Source: Octopus vulgaris
Lineage: Eukaryota
Direction of reading: 5' to 3'
Assembly (NCBI GenBank): GCA_951406725.2
Contig: OX597816.1
Location: 66,712,001 to 66,776,000, forward strand
DNA length: 64,000 nt
The notes beneath the pieces are model-generated. The model was not told where the DNA came from, did no database searches, and worked only from the letters and a program-made list of their open reading frames with translations. Positions 1 through 13,314 of the stretch are shown here, one piece after another; position 1 is the first letter of the stretch; every line of letters starts with the position of its first letter. A program made the position numbers and the translations under genes.

Positions 1-1649
1 ATAATGATAAAACCTGTTGATAATTAACATGGTGAAAAGATCACTAAGATCCTGTTTCATTTCATATCCCTACAAGTATTGAAATATTTGGTGTGAGTGC
101 ATTGGGCAGCCTCTCCTTGCACCCTTTAAACTCATGATTTGCTGAAAGGCAAATGGGATATAAATATTTCCACTAGATGTTGCTAGTCTTATTCACAACA
201 GATCATTTTTTAAAATCTGTTTTAATTTCATGAGAACCACTGTAAAATAGCAAAACAATATAGATTTGACTTACATAACTAGCTGCACTTAATCAGTGTG
301 GAATCAGCAGTCTTGCAATAGATAAACTTTTAAAATTGAAACAGTTTAATATCAGTCTCACAAGATTTTGAGTTTAAAAAAAAAAAACAAAACATTTTCA
401 TAGATTGTTTGTATTATACAAAACGGATAACAGATTCAATGAAAATTTATGATTGTGTTCTTTCAATATGATTCCCAATGATTTGCTTAAAACTAAAAAT
501 AATGTTGGAAGTGGTTATTTAAAAGAACAAAAATTAATTCATTTCACAAGAATCCACTTTGTACAAATTTGTGTGTACAAAGTCGCTCAACCTGCTAACA
601 TTAACAACCAAATCTTCTTCAAATTACATACCACAAAAAAGAAGAAAAGAAAAAAGATATAGACATTAGGAAATGTCCTAAATATACAATGCTCAGGCAG
701 AAGATAAGTTGGTTAAAACATGAATGCTAGTCAAAAGGATAACATCTGTAGGTGACTTAGAGCCAAGTGACAAAATCATCTTGGCAATATCAAGACTTTT
801 GAATTCCAGTGGTTGTTTTAGCACAAAGAATGCTTACTGATACAAATATAGTTTTAACATTTTTTTCTTTCATCCTCCCATCTTTACGTCCTGAGTTCAA
901 ATTCTGTTGAGGTTGACTTTGCCTTTTATCTCTTTGGGTTCAACAAAATAAGTGCCAGCTGAACTCTGGGGTTGATGTAATTGGGCTTATCCCCTCTCCC
1001 AAAATTGTTGGCCCTGTGCCAAAATTTGTAATCAATATTTTTTTATTTTATTCAAGTCAAGATTTCAACAAGTTTTGGAGTTCATTTTGCATGCTCTTTT
1101 ACTTGTCTTTTCCCCCATCTTATTCTTTCCTTGCTTATCTATTTTTATATTTCTACCAGTTAATAGTTGCTGCACACATAAATCTCATTCTGATTAAAAT
1201 ATTACAAATCTGCTGCCATTTTTAAGTCTTTGTTGGTTATCAACTTCGAAAAATATAACAAAATTAAACTTGCATACCTGATCTGGCTAAATTTAGACTT
1301 TCCTACAAACTGTTATATTTTTTCCTTATCCTTTAATTATCATGGATTTTGAAGTATTTTCATGAAAAATATTTTTTTCAATTTGTTTCTTGTATCTAAA
1401 CAAATTTCATAGTTACTTTCATCATTTTGTAATTGTTTCCTCTATTCTTGTCAAATTTCTGTTTATTTTGATGTTTGTATAGCAGGATATTTCACTTTTC
1501 TTACCTGTACCTTTCTTCTCCTTGTTTATATATTGAACATAGTGTTTTGTCACCAGAGTAATTGCAAAACCAGATGGATAGTCAAATATTTGCAATGCCA
1601 CAACAAAGTAACAATCCAATGACTGAAACCAGTGCAAGAGTGTACACCA

Positions 1650-2045
1650 ATGCTTTAACACCCACTTTTCCATGCTTGACAGGATTGATGGATGGAATTT
1701 TATTGAGGCAGATTTTCTATGGCTGGATGCCCTTCTTGTCATCAACTCTGACCTGTTTCCAACTAAGGCCAAATATATTTCACAGAAGACTGGAAATGAA
1801 CAAATTCACTTATATGACAATGCTACTCATTTACAACCATCATGTAATGTCTAGACAAGGGCACACACAAAATGCACACACACACACATGATGGGTTTCT
1901 TTCAGTTTCCATCAATCAAATCCTCTCACAAGGCTTTGGTCAGCCTGAGGTTATAGTAGAAGACACTTGCCTAAGGTGCAGTGCAGTGGAACTGAATCCA
2001 AGACCATACAATTGGGAAGTAAGCTTACACAGTCATACCTGCAAT
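1650..2045 (-). mobile_element. SINE, family G (family-A tRNA-like head, distinct body, family-D-like 3' part)
   Basis: Shares 'gaagacacttgcc..aggtg' head block and 'ggctggatgcccttc' block with other copies near 13315, 15757, 39430, 47085, 51330 and 60090. Confidence 0.75.
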
Positions 2046-2502
2046 TACACATTCATATAACATTAATTTGAACAATGTTTCTGAATGTACCTGTGTATGA
2101 TGAGTTAAAGGATAGAAACATGAAAAACTCATTAAGACAGAAAAAAAAAAATCTTGAATGTCAAAGAAATTTTACACACATGTCAAATCTTAGCAAACTA
2201 AGGTAAGCTGGTATCTCAGGAAATTATAATATATAATGGTTAAGAGGAATGGAAACATTTTAAAAGTTATGTCTACAGTTGAAATAATTTCTTTATCTAC
2301 TTTGAAAAATCACAGTACACAGTTTTCCAATTGCTATATTAACGAAAACTGTTCGTTAGTATCAAAAGGAAAAGACGAAGGTAGTGTTTTTTGTATCTGT
2401 AATAGATATATGGAAAGAAAAGGTGAGATCAGATAAGAGGATGCAAGTCTTCACAGGTGAGATGACACAGTTAAACAACTGGCAATATGCTGTACAGTAA
2501 AC

Positions 2503-2886
2503 CTTATTTCTTTATTGCCCACAGGGGGCTAAATATAGAGGGGATAAACAAGGACAGACAAAAGGATTCAGTCGATTACATCAACCCCAGGGCATAACTG
2601 GTATTTAATTTATCGACCCCGAAAGTTTGAAAGGCAAAGTTGACCTCGGCGGAATCTGAACTCAGAACATAATGGCAGACGAAATACCTATTTCTTTACT
2701 ACCCACAAGGGGCTATTCATAGAGAGGACAGACACACGGATTAAGTCGATTATATCGACCCCAGTGCATAACTGGTACTTATTTCAAAGTCGACCTCGGC
2801 GTAATTTGAACTCAGAACATAACGGCAGACGAAATACCACTAAGCATTTTGCCTGGCGTGCTAATGTTTCTGCCAGCTCGCTGTCT
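2503..2886 (-). mobile_element. SINE family B, head-to-tail dimer
   Basis: Two tandem units of the 'gaggtcgactttgcctttcatcctttcggggtcgataa' type (resembles the MetaSINE/Sauria central domain); flanked by tacag(t/c)aaacct, a likely TSD. Confidence 0.85.
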
Positions 2887-3149
2887 TTACAGCAAACCTG
2901 TCTGACAGATGCTATCAAGGAAAGATTAATAAATAAAAATGCTAAAATTGTGTTGTTGATTTACTTATACATGCAAATTCTTTTGTTTGTTGATGACTTG
3001 ATTCATTTCACAAATAAAGAAACATGGGAAAAAAAAAAGGCTGGGATAGGAGGGTTAAGTATTATTTTTATATTTTATTCTTTTTTTTTTCTTTCCTTTT
3101 TTGTAAGTTTGGTCTGAGAGTGTGGCTGTTGCAGGCCTTTCGTGACACG

Positions 3150-3499
3150 TGAAATTGATGTTATTTATGTTCCATAAGAAGTGAAGCAAGTTGACAGCTG
3201 AAGGAAAGGCATGAATAGAGAGGGAATCACAAAAGCCAATGTTATGGGGAGTAAGAATTTAGCATAACAGTTAATGCAGTTTCCAGGAATTTGACACAAG
3301 AAATGGGTGATGAGTGAGACAAGGATACCTGAGTAGGGGCAACATGAGATCAACCGGATCTGAGCAGCAGAAGCCTTTATAGTTGGGGTAGAAAGGGCAG
3401 TCAAAGGAGAGAGTACATCTCAGAACCAGAGTCTGGAGTGTGTCTTTGAGCAATTTCATAGCAATTATTTAAATAGACTTTCTTCAGATGTGGTCTAGG

Positions 3500-3559
<60 letters not shown>

Positions 3560-4800
3560 TATGACTCTCTTGTGGATTTCACTTGAGCTTTGTGGAGAGT
3601 TAGTAGTTGTTGGGGAATAAAGAATTTGCCGGCTCTGAAGTGAAAGGCCAATCTTTGAGCTCCAGCCTTTGCTATGATGAAGATATACAATCATTAGCAG
3701 AGATTCTCTGTAGAAGCAAGCCCAAGCATTTACAGCGAGTTTTCTAGGTGCATGCTGTGTTTTAGGAGTGATATATTATTTTCTTGATATATATTTTTTA
3801 TTTATTTATGTGTCCTTTTCAAGCCTAGCCAGGCTCATGGGCCTGGTTTCCCAGTTTCTGCGGCATATGTGCCCCCCCCCCCCCCCGCCAGCTGGACGGG
3901 ACGCCACTCCATCGCAGCGTTACTCAAGAAACAGGAATAAGAGTGAGAGAAAGTTGGAGTGAAAGAGTACAACATGGGTCACCACCAACCCCTGCTGAAG
4001 CCTCGTGGAGCTTTAGGTGTTTTCGCTCAATAAATACACACAACACCCAGTCTGGGAATAGAAACTGCGATCCTCCAACTGTGAGTCTGCTGCTGCCCTA
4101 ACCACTGGGCCATTGTGCCTCCTATTGATATACATATAATGATTATAATTGTTAACTATTGAAGGATACAAAATTGGCATAACTACATTGGAAGATGCTT
4201 TTGAAATCTCTGCTCAAGGAACCAGTACAGGTTTGACATGAGGTTTAACATTGCATGTAGATAATACTTGCATGCAGAAAGTCAGGCAGGAACGAAATAT
4301 GGTATCGTTTGCATGGGAGTAAATATTGCTGGAGATGATGGCAAGAGCGTGAGAACAAAACTGAATGCAGTGATACACCAGAATCAATAATGCAGACTAG
4401 AGACAGCTCTATCAGTACAAGGTGTGAAAGTGCAATCTAACATGAAGCTTCCTATCAGAGACACAAGTGATAGATAGACACCTCCACCATGGGTGGGTAT
4501 GTTTTATAGGTGATTCTAGCAGGGTCAAACAGAGTTGAAAGCTTTGCTAATGTTGAAGGCAACAACAATGCTATCACCAAATTTCTTGAGGACCAGAGGC
4601 CAACAGTGAATCACATAAGAAAGCAGGCTGCCAACAGATTTCAATGACTGGTATTTTACTCTGGTTTCATGTAATTAGGGAGATACGAATCAAACCTCTA
4701 GGGGACAGGATCCCAGTCTATAAGAGTATTTCCAGATAATCTGGTACCTATTGCCAAAAGCTAAGTACTGAAATAAGATTGTATACAGGGATCTGCTAAA
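3150..4800 (-). mobile_element. Decayed CR1/L2-group LINE ORF2 (RT and C-terminus), interrupted by (TG)n and a SINE
   Basis: Minus-strand translation gives FGDSIVVAFNISKAFNSV (cf. LDISKAFD), YSHANDT (cf. FADD), IAKAGAQRLAFHFRAGKFFIPQQLLTLHKAQVK and HILDHI*RKSI*II, with many stops and frameshifts. Confidence 0.7.
3805..4122 (-). mobile_element. SINE family C (tRNA-derived head)
   Basis: Minus strand 'ggaggcacaatggcccagtggttagggcag' A-box head; body shared with copies at 16250, 40068, 45213 and 51929. Confidence 0.85.
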
Positions 4801-5449
4801 AGTAGTGAAATGCATATGGGATTTGAACTCAAGACTCGATTTGGGAGTCCAATAGTTTTCCACTCAGCCATCTCATAACAAGGCATCATATAACAGTAGT
4901 TAAAAAAACAAATGGCTATAAGAAGACAAGAAATTGTTATGTCAAACCTGATGCTTCACAGATAAGATAGCGAATTGTGAAATGAATGGAGATATGTCAT
5001 TACAAACTCATCCAATTCATACCATCAAGACAAAAATAGAAAAAAATTGATAATAATAGTGACAATTTTGTATTAATTTTCCACCCATTTTTATACTGAT
5101 CAACAACTGATGTATTAGTTATTTTAAATTGTTGATTTGTGGTTTCTAATATTACATATCTATATCCCAAACTGATAAGAAACACATCCAGAGAGACTGA
5201 GAAAATGATGTCGACCTTTGATAAGAAAGCAGAGAAAACAGATAGAATTAGTAAAATATACTGAAACTAATTTTAGGCAAAAGTGATATCACACACACAC
5301 ACAAACACAGAGAGAATAATTAACCATAACATAAATGGCTGAGATCTCTTCTTTTAACTATACTGAGCATATATATATATATATAAAATTAAAAAGGAAT
5401 GTAATAACACATTATAATAATGTAATGTAAAATGAATTTTATATATTAT

Positions 5450-5722
5450 CCATACGTGGTCAATGCCAGCGCCACCTTGACTGGCTTCCGTGCCGGTGGA
5501 ACGTAAAAAGCATCAACCGAATGTGACCATTGCCAGCCTCCCCTGGCACGTAAAAAGCACCCACTACACTCATGGAGTGGTTGGCATTAGGAAGGGCATC
5601 CAGCTGTAGAAACACTGCCAGATCAGACTGGAGCTTGGTGCAGCCTCCTGGCTTCCCAGACCCTGGTCGAACCGTCCAACCCATGCTAGCATGGAAAACG
5701 GAGGTTAAATGATGATGATGAT
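5450..5722 (+). mobile_element. SINE family D, (GAT)n tail
   Basis: 'gtgccggtggaacgtaaaaagc' module, 'ggttggcattaggaagggcatccagctgtag', 'ccatgctagcatgg', (GAT)n tail. Confidence 0.9.
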
Positions 5723-6104
5723 CCCTTGAATCTTTACTTGAAAGAAATATATTCTACAGCAGTTACTACATTCTACTCAGTTATTTCTATTTAAGTAAAC
5801 ATGTCTCCATTGGTTTCAACAATGAATATTGCAGTTATTCAACTAACTGAACTGCCTTACCCACTTAATATCACCTTGATCCTTATGGAGTATAGGTCAT
5901 TGATGACTTTTATCTGCTTTACACAACTCAGGGCTGTCTTTTCTGCTTCTCTGGTACCTCTCAATTTTAATTTCCTTTACATTTCTTAAAATATAGCATA
6001 AGCAAAACTGAAGATCCAGTTTTGGCTATGATTTGTTCCTTTTTTTTTTCCTTTAAACTGGTGGGGTAGTGGGAAAAACAAAGACACACACACACACACA
6101 CATT

Positions 6105-6360
6105 GCTAGACTGTGGGTTTGATTTCTGGACTGGCTGGTGCATTATGTTTTTGAGCAAAACAGTTATTTCATGTTGCTCCAGTCCACTCAACTGCAAATG
6201 GGTAAACCTGTAATGGACTAACCTTCCTATCGAGGTGGTGGGGGGACGTTGGCCTTCAAGCCTAGCTACCAGGGTGGCATCATTTGACAGCTTGAATGAG
6301 GCAGAACACATTATGACCAGCAATGTATAACAGCATCTGGTAGACTAATTGATCATGTGA
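6105..6360 (+). mobile_element. SINE family E, degraded
   Basis: 'ttgagcaaaacagttatttcatgttgctccagtccactca' matches the copy at 55808-56130; 3' part matches the tail of the family-C copy at 16250. Confidence 0.65.
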
Positions 6361-6559
6361 GATATATATATGTTTTAGCTTGGATATGCTTTGTGAGCAT
6401 AGTCTGAAGATTGCAAGAAGGCACCAGATGTGTTACAAAATGCTGTCTGAGTCATTTTCATTGCATGAAACAATTAGTAGCTCATAGAAATATAGACTGT
6501 GTTTATTATCTCTCAATAAATGGAGTACTTTTTTTGTTGATCTTGCCTTCACAGAATAG

Positions 6560-6840
6560 TATGTACGTACATACGTATGTACATAAGTAGGTAGATAGAT
6601 AGGTAGATATAGATATAGAGAGATACATAGATAGGTAGGTAGGTAGGTAGGTATAGATAGATAGATAGGTAGGTAGGTAGATATAGATAGATAGGTAGGT
6701 AGATATAGATAGATAGGTAGGTAGGTAGATATAGATAGATAGATAGATAGGTAGGTAGTTAGATATAGATAAATAGATAGATAGGTAGGTAGATATAGAT
6801 AGATAGATATACATAGATAGGTAGATAGATAGATAGATAG
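6560..6840 (+). repeat. Compound (TAGA/TAGG)n microsatellite
   Basis: About 280 bp of GATA/GGTA/GATATA units. Confidence 0.95.
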
Positions 6841-7394
6841 AAATTCCAATAAAGGAGCCTTGGATCTAAGTTAGAAACCAGCTCTTTTCTCTATTGGCTT
6901 GAAATCTTGAAATAAAACCGAATAAAATAATGACATACATCCAGACAGGCAGCATTCCACATGCTTTCCATTTATCAAATTCATTTGCAAGGCATCAGTT
7001 AGCTCTCGACTATTGTAGAAGATACTTGTCCCAAATGTTGCTCAATGGGATTGAACCTGAAGCCACAGTTGCAAAGTGAACTACTAAACAACACAGCCAC
7101 GCGAAAATATAAGTAAAATAGGTTTATTAGAGACATATCTGATTGAATTAATACAATGTAATAAATTTGGTCATGATCCATTGAAAATATTTTACAAGTT
7201 CTAAAAAAAATTTGAAAAGCTCCCAAAAGAATTTCAACTTCGTCATTTTCTTTTATATATTAATGTATTCCTCATCCTCATTCATTTTGTTTCAATTTGA
7301 ATGCAGGATAATGATGGAGAAACCTGCAACTGTTGTTCGTTAATTCCCTGTCGGTACTGATCAGTATGACTATCCTGGACATGGGATTGCATTG

Positions 7395-7578
7395 GACAAA
7401 AGCACCCACTACACTCTCGGAGTGGTTGGCGTTAGGAAGGGCATCCAGCTGTAGAAATTCTGCCAGATCAGATTGGAGTCTGGTTCGCCAGGCCTCAGTC
7501 AAATCGTCCAACCCATGCTAGCATGGAAAGCGGACGTTAAATGGTGGTGGTGGTGGTGATGATGATGATGATGATGAT
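7395..7578 (+). mobile_element. SINE family D, 5'-truncated
   Basis: Family-D 3' core with (GGT)n(GAT)n tail. Confidence 0.85.
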
Positions 7579-7929
7579 ATTGCAGTCACATAGAGAGAGG
7601 TTTCTCTTCGGTTTGGCTGACAAAAACTTGTTGGTAAGGGAGGTAACTCTTTGATATTGACTAATTTTATATTTAGTCCCAGATTAGCCTTGATGAAACA
7701 AACTTATGATCGAAAGTATCTCAGCTTTGACTATCACCGTGTTTTATTTATTTATTTATTTTTATTCAGATATGATGTATCTAGACTATATATTCAATGT
7801 TCACCTTTTAAAAATATAGTTGGATGTGATTTGGTAGCTACTTCTTGCATGTTGAATGACCACCTAAGGACCTCCCCTTGGGTTTCGTCTCGATAAAATC
7901 ATGTGATGTAACAGAAATAGTTAAGACGA

Positions 7930-7968
<39 letters not shown>

Positions 7969-8384
7969 CATTTTTATTATTATTATTATCTATTTCGAGA
8001 TCGATAAAATAACACCAAGTCAATTCTTGAGATTGATTTAATATACTTTCCACCAAGAAATTTTTATCTTCGTGCCATCATTAACAACCAAAATTATTAA
8101 ATATACAGGATGGTAGTCGGTCTGACTAAATGCTTTGTGGTATTTACTTAATTACCTTTTTTGGGGCTGAATTGATATCCCATCGAGATCTACTTCATAT
8201 TTCATCAACTTCGACTTTCAAAATTTGTACCAAACTTAAACTGAATTTTGACTCGGTCAAAAATAGCTATTTTATTTACAAATATATTAAGTTGTACCAT
8301 TGTCAAGGTGGCGCTGGCATTGACCATGTACGGATGATATATAAAATTCATTTAACATTACATTATTCAATTCCATCATTCAAA

Positions 8385-8545
8385 CTCAGGTGTGGCTGTG
8401 TAGTAAGAAGTTTGCTTCTCAATCACCTGGTTCCAGGTTCAGTCCCATTGTGTGACACCTTGGGAAAGTATCTTCTACTACAGCCTTGGGCTAACCAAAA
8501 CCTTGTGAGTGGATTTAGTGGATGGAAACTGAAAGAAGCCCATCG

Positions 8546-8616
<71 letters not shown>

Positions 8617-9070
8617 CCACCACTACTTAACAACCAGTGCTGGTGTGTTTATGTGCCTGTAACCTAGCAGTTCAGCAAAAGTGACTGATAGAAGTACTAG
8701 GTTTTACAAGAATAAGTACTGGGGATCAAAGACCTGAGTTTGATTGATGGAATTGAATAATGTAATGTAAAATGAATTTTATATATTATCCGTACGTGGT
8801 CAATGCCAGCGCCACTTTGACTGGCTTCCGTGCCGGTGGCACGTAAAAAGCATCAACCGAATGTGACCATTGCCAGCCTCCCCTGGCACGTAAAAAGCAC
8901 CCACTACACTCATGGAGTGGTTGGCGTTAGGAAGGGCATCCAGCTGTAGAAACACTGCCAGATCAGACTGGAGCCTGGTGCAGCCTCCTGGCTTCCCAGA
9001 CCCAGACTAAAATTCTTCAAGGTGGTGCCCCAGCAGGGCCACATTCTAATGACTGAAACTAACAAAAGAT
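8385..9070 (+). mobile_element. SINE family A, interrupted by a copied 248-bp segment
   Basis: tRNA-like head 'gtggctgtgtagtaagaagtttgct...ggttcagtccca', 'ccttgggaaagt', internal (TG)n, tail 'gactgaaac'. Confidence 0.85.
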
Positions 9071-9720
9071 AAAATATACCAATGAATCACCAAGCAAAAT
9101 CAACTGTACAATAATACTCTCGCTGTTACCAGTGGAGGAATTGTTGGGGAGTGTTGCATTTGGGTAATGATAAATATTTACAGTTAGGCTGGTTGAGCCA
9201 CTGAAAGTTAAATAACTCCTAAAGTACACATCATAGCAGCGAAATCCAGGATATGAACAGTGTAACCTTTGCCTGGTAGCCCAGCAATCTATCAAGTCAG
9301 GTGCCACACACACACATGCACGAGTGCAGACTAGTTTTGTTTCAAATACATGTGCAACACTTTCTTCTCTTCTCTTTTAAACAAATAGAAACAAATAACA
9401 AACAAAAAAAAAGGATTTACTTAATTGGTCACATAATTTCATTATTATATTATAGAGGGTAAGAGAGGGGACGAGTATTTGGTAGACAGTAAAGCAAATC
9501 TCTGTAACAATCTATTTCTAGTTGACATGTTGATTAAGCAAAGAGATCTCCTGACCGATGACCCTAGGGACATTAAATAACAGCTCCTCTGACCTGACCT
9601 TAACACATTCCTCAAATTGTCTGATATCAACCTCTCATGGTCCAACAAGCAGACTATCTCTGCTGTACATTCCACAAATCGCAACACAACTGTATTATGA
9701 AAGATATATCATAAACAATT

Positions 9721-10095
9721 CTTTTACTCTTTTACTTGTTTCAGTCATTTGACTGCGGCCATGCTGGAGCACCGCCTTTAATCGAGCAAATCGACTTATT
9801 CTTTGTAAGCCTAGTACTTATTCTATCGGTTCTCTTTTGCCGAACCGCTAAGTTATGGGGACGTAAATACCAGCATCGCTTGTCAAGCGATGTTGGGGAA
9901 ACAAACACAGACACACAAACATACACACATATATACGACGAGCTTCTTTCAGTTTCCGCCTACCAAATCCACTCACAAGGCTTTGGTTGACCTGAGGCTA
10001 TAGTAGAAGACACTTGCCCAAGGTGCCATGCAGTGGGAATGAACTCGGAACCATGTGGTTGGTAAGCAAGCTACTTACCACACAGCCACTCCTGG
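9721..10095 (-). mobile_element. SINE family A, near full length
   Basis: Complete head, body and (GTAAAAGA)n tail; near identical to copies at 24553, 33858, 38808, 43425, 49895 and 60678. Confidence 0.9.
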
Positions 10096-10611
10096 CAATT
10101 TATGAATATATCAATGGCCAAACATGTAATCATAAAGGAACTGATTTCTAACTCTCACCTTCTTACCAACCTGCAGTGGTACAGCATTTTGTTTGGAAGG
10201 GACATGGAGGTAGATGTGAGATAACCATATATACAAACATGCATACACATACACACAGACAAGACTGAAAGATATTAAACATTTGTGTGTGTGTTTGTGT
10301 GCATTTGTGTAGGAAAACAGATGACGAAGGAATAACCTTATACACACATATTATAAAGCCTTAGCTATGGTAATGAATTACATATAAGCATGGAGGCATA
10401 CTCCCGCTATGCTTTCAATGTGAAGAGGAAAAATGTAGGGAAGACTCCTGATAGACATGTTTCCAATTTGCTGATCATTTGGGTGTATGTACCTTGAGAT
10501 GCAATCCACAAAAAGTGAAATGGAGACCTCTTCCTTCACTTTTCTGTACATCAAAAGACATAAAGAATGTCTTTACATTTCTATTTGGTTCCTTATCTCA
10601 GTTAAGGCTTT

Positions 10612-10830
10612 CATCATCATCATCATCATCGTTTAAAGTCCGCCTTCCATGCTAGCATGGGTTGGACGATTTTGAGTGAGGGCTGGCGAACCAGATGGCC
10701 GCACCAGGCTCTAATCTTGATCTGGCAGAGTTTCTACAGCGGGATGCCCTTCCTAACGCCAACCACTCCGAGAGTGTAGTGGGTGCTCTTTGCACCCTGC
10801 TAGCACAGCTGCCAGTCGTCGAATTTGATT
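10612..10830 (-). mobile_element. SINE family D
   Basis: Reverse complement of family-D core, with (CAT)n on the + strand. Confidence 0.85.
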
Positions 10831-11215
10831 TCTATTATATAAATCCATTTCAGTATGTCTGATTCACACTGCAGATTTCTATTATATAAATCCATTTCAG
10901 TATGTCTGATTCACACTGCATTGTGTATTATATGTATATATACGTATATACACATATATATAATGCGTATATATGTACATAATGTGTGCATATGTGGTTG
11001 GATTGAGCTGAAAATATGCACACCTATGTTAAAAGTGCTAGCAAGTTTGCATGGCAACTTTGAGTTTGCTCAATTGAAAGGCATGGCCTCTAGGGCAAAA
11101 TTCCTCATCTTTTAAAATGTGGCCCGCGTACACCCGAATGAAATCAGGTTATAATACTGAAACAAGTAAAACAATAATAAACTATTTTAATCCTGAGCAA
11201 GGCTGGGTATATCTG
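10831..11215 (+). mobile_element. Putative non-autonomous Helitron with duplicated 5' end
   Basis: Starts TCTATTATATAAA and ends in an imperfect GC hairpin 'cctgagcaaggctgggtatatctg'; terminal CTAG missing where the next element begins. Confidence 0.45.
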
Positions 11216-11713
11216 TCTAATATATAAAATGAAGAAGCTGAACGTTGATAAAAAGTGGATTTTTATGTAAAATGGGGTCTAAATGGGGCTGGAAAGAGAT
11301 TAAAATTTACAGGAGGGGGTAACTTGAGGTGAGAAATTGATTGGGAGACGTTTTGGGGCACTACAGTGGTTGCTTTGCTGTGAAAACGAGGATTTTATTG
11401 ATTTTGGGGGACACCTGGGGGGTCTAGATTGGACACCTTTTGCCCGATTTCAATCAAATTTTCAACATGGTAAAGTGGAAGCAGATTTGTAATTTAAGCG
11501 CGGAAATCTAATTTTTTATAAATGGGAGAGAGATAGATAGAGAAAGATAGAGAGTAAGAGAAAGCAAAGGAGAGTCCGAGAGAAAGGAAGAGTAAGAGAG
11601 TGGGAAATTGAGAGAGAAAGGAGAGAGAAACAAAGAAGGGGAATGTGGTGATAAGTAACAGAAAGTAACAACCACACCCTCACCCGTGCGTACAGCAGGT
11701 CACCTTAAGCTAG
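11216..11713 (+). mobile_element. Putative non-autonomous Helitron
   Basis: 5' TCTAATATATAAAA; 3' imperfect hairpin 'acccgtgcgtacagcaggt' then CTAG|T at 11710-11714; no TSD. Confidence 0.6.
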
Positions 11714-13314
11714 TCTGTTAATATCCACAGAATTCATAAACAGAAATTTTAAGATGGCATGAACTAGCTTTAATAGAAATCACTAAAACTGTTTCTGTAC
11801 ATTAGTATCAGCTAGTAATTGCTGAGTGTTTCACATATCATACATATTGCATTAATATCATCCAACAATAACTGCATACCTGTATGTCTACAGGTGAGTA
11901 GGTTTGAGAACACTCAACAATTGCTAGCTGATACTAATGCACAGAAACAATTGCTGTAATATGGATTAAGTTCTGTTCATTCCATCTTCATGGGTTGGAC
12001 AGCTTGAAATAGAACTGATAAAACCAGGGGCCACATCAGTCACATGTATGTATGAGTACATTTCATGTTATACTAAAAAGCAATACAATGTGCCAAAATT
12101 TTTGACTGGAACCAAATATAACAAAATTCTCTGAATCCGTGTTAGAATAACGGTGTAAGTGGAGCTATTCAGTCACATAAGTCGTAATAATAAAGTCAAA
12201 CCAAATAGTGATATTTGGAAACCATTTAATATGCACTTTTCATGTCATGTGTAATGAATGTATTGCCTATTATATTTTAAGCAAACCTGAAGCATGTGTA
12301 TTAAACAATTTCAGAATCATTAGCATGCTGGGCAAAATGCTTAGTGGTATTTTGTCCATCTTCACACTCTGAGTTCAAATTCCATCAAGGTTGACTTTGC
12401 CTTTCATCCTTTCGGAGTTGATAAATTAAGTACCAGTGAAACACTGGGGTCAATGTAATCAGCAAGTCCACTCCTGCCAAATTTCAAGCCTAGCGCCTTT
12501 CGTAGAAAGGATTATTACAACTTATACACACATTGATTAATAAATTTATATCTATCAATCTATCTATCTATATTTACTTGTATATAGATCACAATCCAGT
12601 TTTTTTCAGTTAAAATCAAATCCAAAATAGTGCAACTTATACATGAGTAAATACGGTGTATATATATATATATATATATATTGCATCAACCCATACACAT
12701 GTTTATTGCATTACCCAAAATTACAAATTTAAGTACTGAGTAGATATGGTACCAACAACTCACAAAAATAGGCTGTTAACTTTGCAGCCAGAAGCTGCAA
12801 CACTTGATCTCTTTAATCAATACAGAGTGAGTCAGATCAGAATTATTTGATTAATATAGACATCAGCAACAGAGACAAATTTTAAAAGTGAGTGTTCAAG
12901 ATGTATCTAATCCAAATCACTCATTTGTTATTCATTTTGTGTCTAATCATTTGTCTTTGACTCAGTGGCAAGATGAGGTGCAGCTGTGTGACTATTACAA
13001 ATGCTGCCATAAATCACAACCTCCCACTATCACAACAGCAAATCAAAATTTTTTCAGGAGAATTTCACAAATGATTCAAGAATGCCGTCAGCTGGGTACT
13101 CTGTTACCAAGCTGTTCTAACAGTAGCATCTAATTTCTAATTTAGATTCATTTCAGCAAACACAGATAAGTGCCAACTACATGACACAATACAACAATTA
13201 TAGTGAAATATGAACTTCGAAACCTTGTGCCAAGAATCCAAATATTTACCTTGTCAGTCATTGTACTAACATTGACATGTAGCAATAAACTTACACTCAA
13301 CTCCCCAAAACCAC

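Noticed and set aside
1422-1772. 116-aa minus-strand ORF with a good donor CAG|GTAAGA near 1505
   Set aside because: The upstream part is SINE-derived; no convincing acceptor or recognisable protein.
5460-5684. Recurrent ORFs containing 'FLQLDALPNANHS'
   Set aside because: They are antisense readings of SINE family D; the recurrence reflects repeat copies, not a protein family.
6433-6849. 138-aa and 102-aa low-complexity ORFs, and similar HTHT, IYIY and CVCV ORFs throughout the window
   Set aside because: They are translations of microsatellites, not genes.
8130-8630. 166-aa and 170-aa (41606-42118) longest ORFs
   Set aside because: They run through SINE or low-complexity sequence and show no domain-like content.
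11881-11900. Plus-strand CAG|GTGAGT as a recursive splice site
   Set aside because: There is no real polypyrimidine tract upstream.
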